64,000 nucleotides of DNA, from positions 9,093,070 to 9,157,069 of the forward strand of contig NC_057747.1 in assembly GCF_004010195.1 (NCBI RefSeq). Direction: 5' to 3'. Under the pieces are notes generated by a model. The model saw only the letters and a list, made by a program, of their open reading frames with translations, was not told where the DNA came from and did no database searches. Positions within the stretch are counted from its first letter, which is position 1; each line of letters begins with the position of its first letter. The stretch is from Chiloscyllium plagiosum (Eukaryota). Made by a program: the position numbers and the translations under genes. Below are positions 63,175 through 64,000 of this stretch, in pieces.

Positions 63175-64000
63175 AGGGTTCAGTTTAATCCATCACAATG
63201 TATTCTGTTCAGGCAGAGAACACTGGAGAAACTCAGCAGGTCTGGCAGCAGTTGTGGAGAGAGAAACAGAGTTAACATTTCGACTCCGGTATAAGAACCC
63301 GTTTGATTCAGAAATACAGCTGAATTTTGATTTCATTTGCGTTTGGGAAGAGTTGGTCCTGGGGGATATATTTTTTTAAAAATTAGACGTTATGTTTTTC
63401 AAAGTAGTTTTAAAAGTATAAATCGTTACATTCTGGGAACTGGTTAAAGTTTCGAACTTAGTGCAGAAGGGGGAAGATTCCAAAATCAACGAAGTTTGGG
63501 TTTTCTCTCAGGCAGTCGAAGGATTTACTTCGGTTTTGGTTCGAGATGGCTTCACAATCTCGACTCATGCCTCAATGTTTCTCTTGAGAGAGGGCGAGCA
63601 CGGGTCGCGGCTGACAGAGGTTGAAGGGTTTCATCAGAAAATCGCGGTCACTTTTCGAACCTTTCACTTTGTGGGAGCGTTTTAGTCGAAGTTAGAACGT
63701 AAAGGGAACCAACGGCTTACCTCCAGAGACACTAAATCTCATTTTCGGCTGTACACCTCCCCATCTCCTTCAAAGATGAAAAGCCTAATTTAAAAAAAGA
63801 TTCCTTAAAACAAAAAAAAAACTGCTCGGTATCTTTGCGCATTCAATCTGACAAGTCTGGTAAAATGCGATCCTCAGCTAAGTGTCATTGTACAGTACTG
63901 GAGATGGTTATAAACCCCGTCTTTAAATGATCACACAGTCTCATGTGTTTTAAATAAAATGAGGTGAATGCATATATCCCGTGTGCCACCACGTTCACTT

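Overview
Vertebrate genomic DNA, almost certainly from a cartilaginous fish (shark or ray). The basis is HE1-type tRNA-derived V-SINEs plus CR1 (HER1-type) LINEs; the species cannot be fixed from sequence alone. Three protein-coding genes are present. (1) The 5' part (exons 1-2, 17.3 kb first intron) of an anthrax toxin receptor family gene on the minus strand, continuing off the left edge. (2) A complete three-coding-exon PRDM8-paralogous gene on the plus strand (538 aa: PR/SET domain, one CCHC finger, two C2H2 fingers), which is ZNF488 by its position next to RBP3. (3) A complete four-exon, four-module RBP3/IRBP gene on the minus strand (1219 aa). Introns and spacers hold CR1, Rex1-like and other LINE relics, V-SINEs, a probable solo LTR, Penelope GIY-YIG relics and minisatellites. 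The most unusual signal is a dispersed family of ~90-190 bp insertions flanked by target-site duplications (TSDs). They carry a minimal type I hammerhead ribozyme core (CUGANGA-stem II-GAAAC-GUC), and one copy is a long hairpin whose loop is the ribozyme core.
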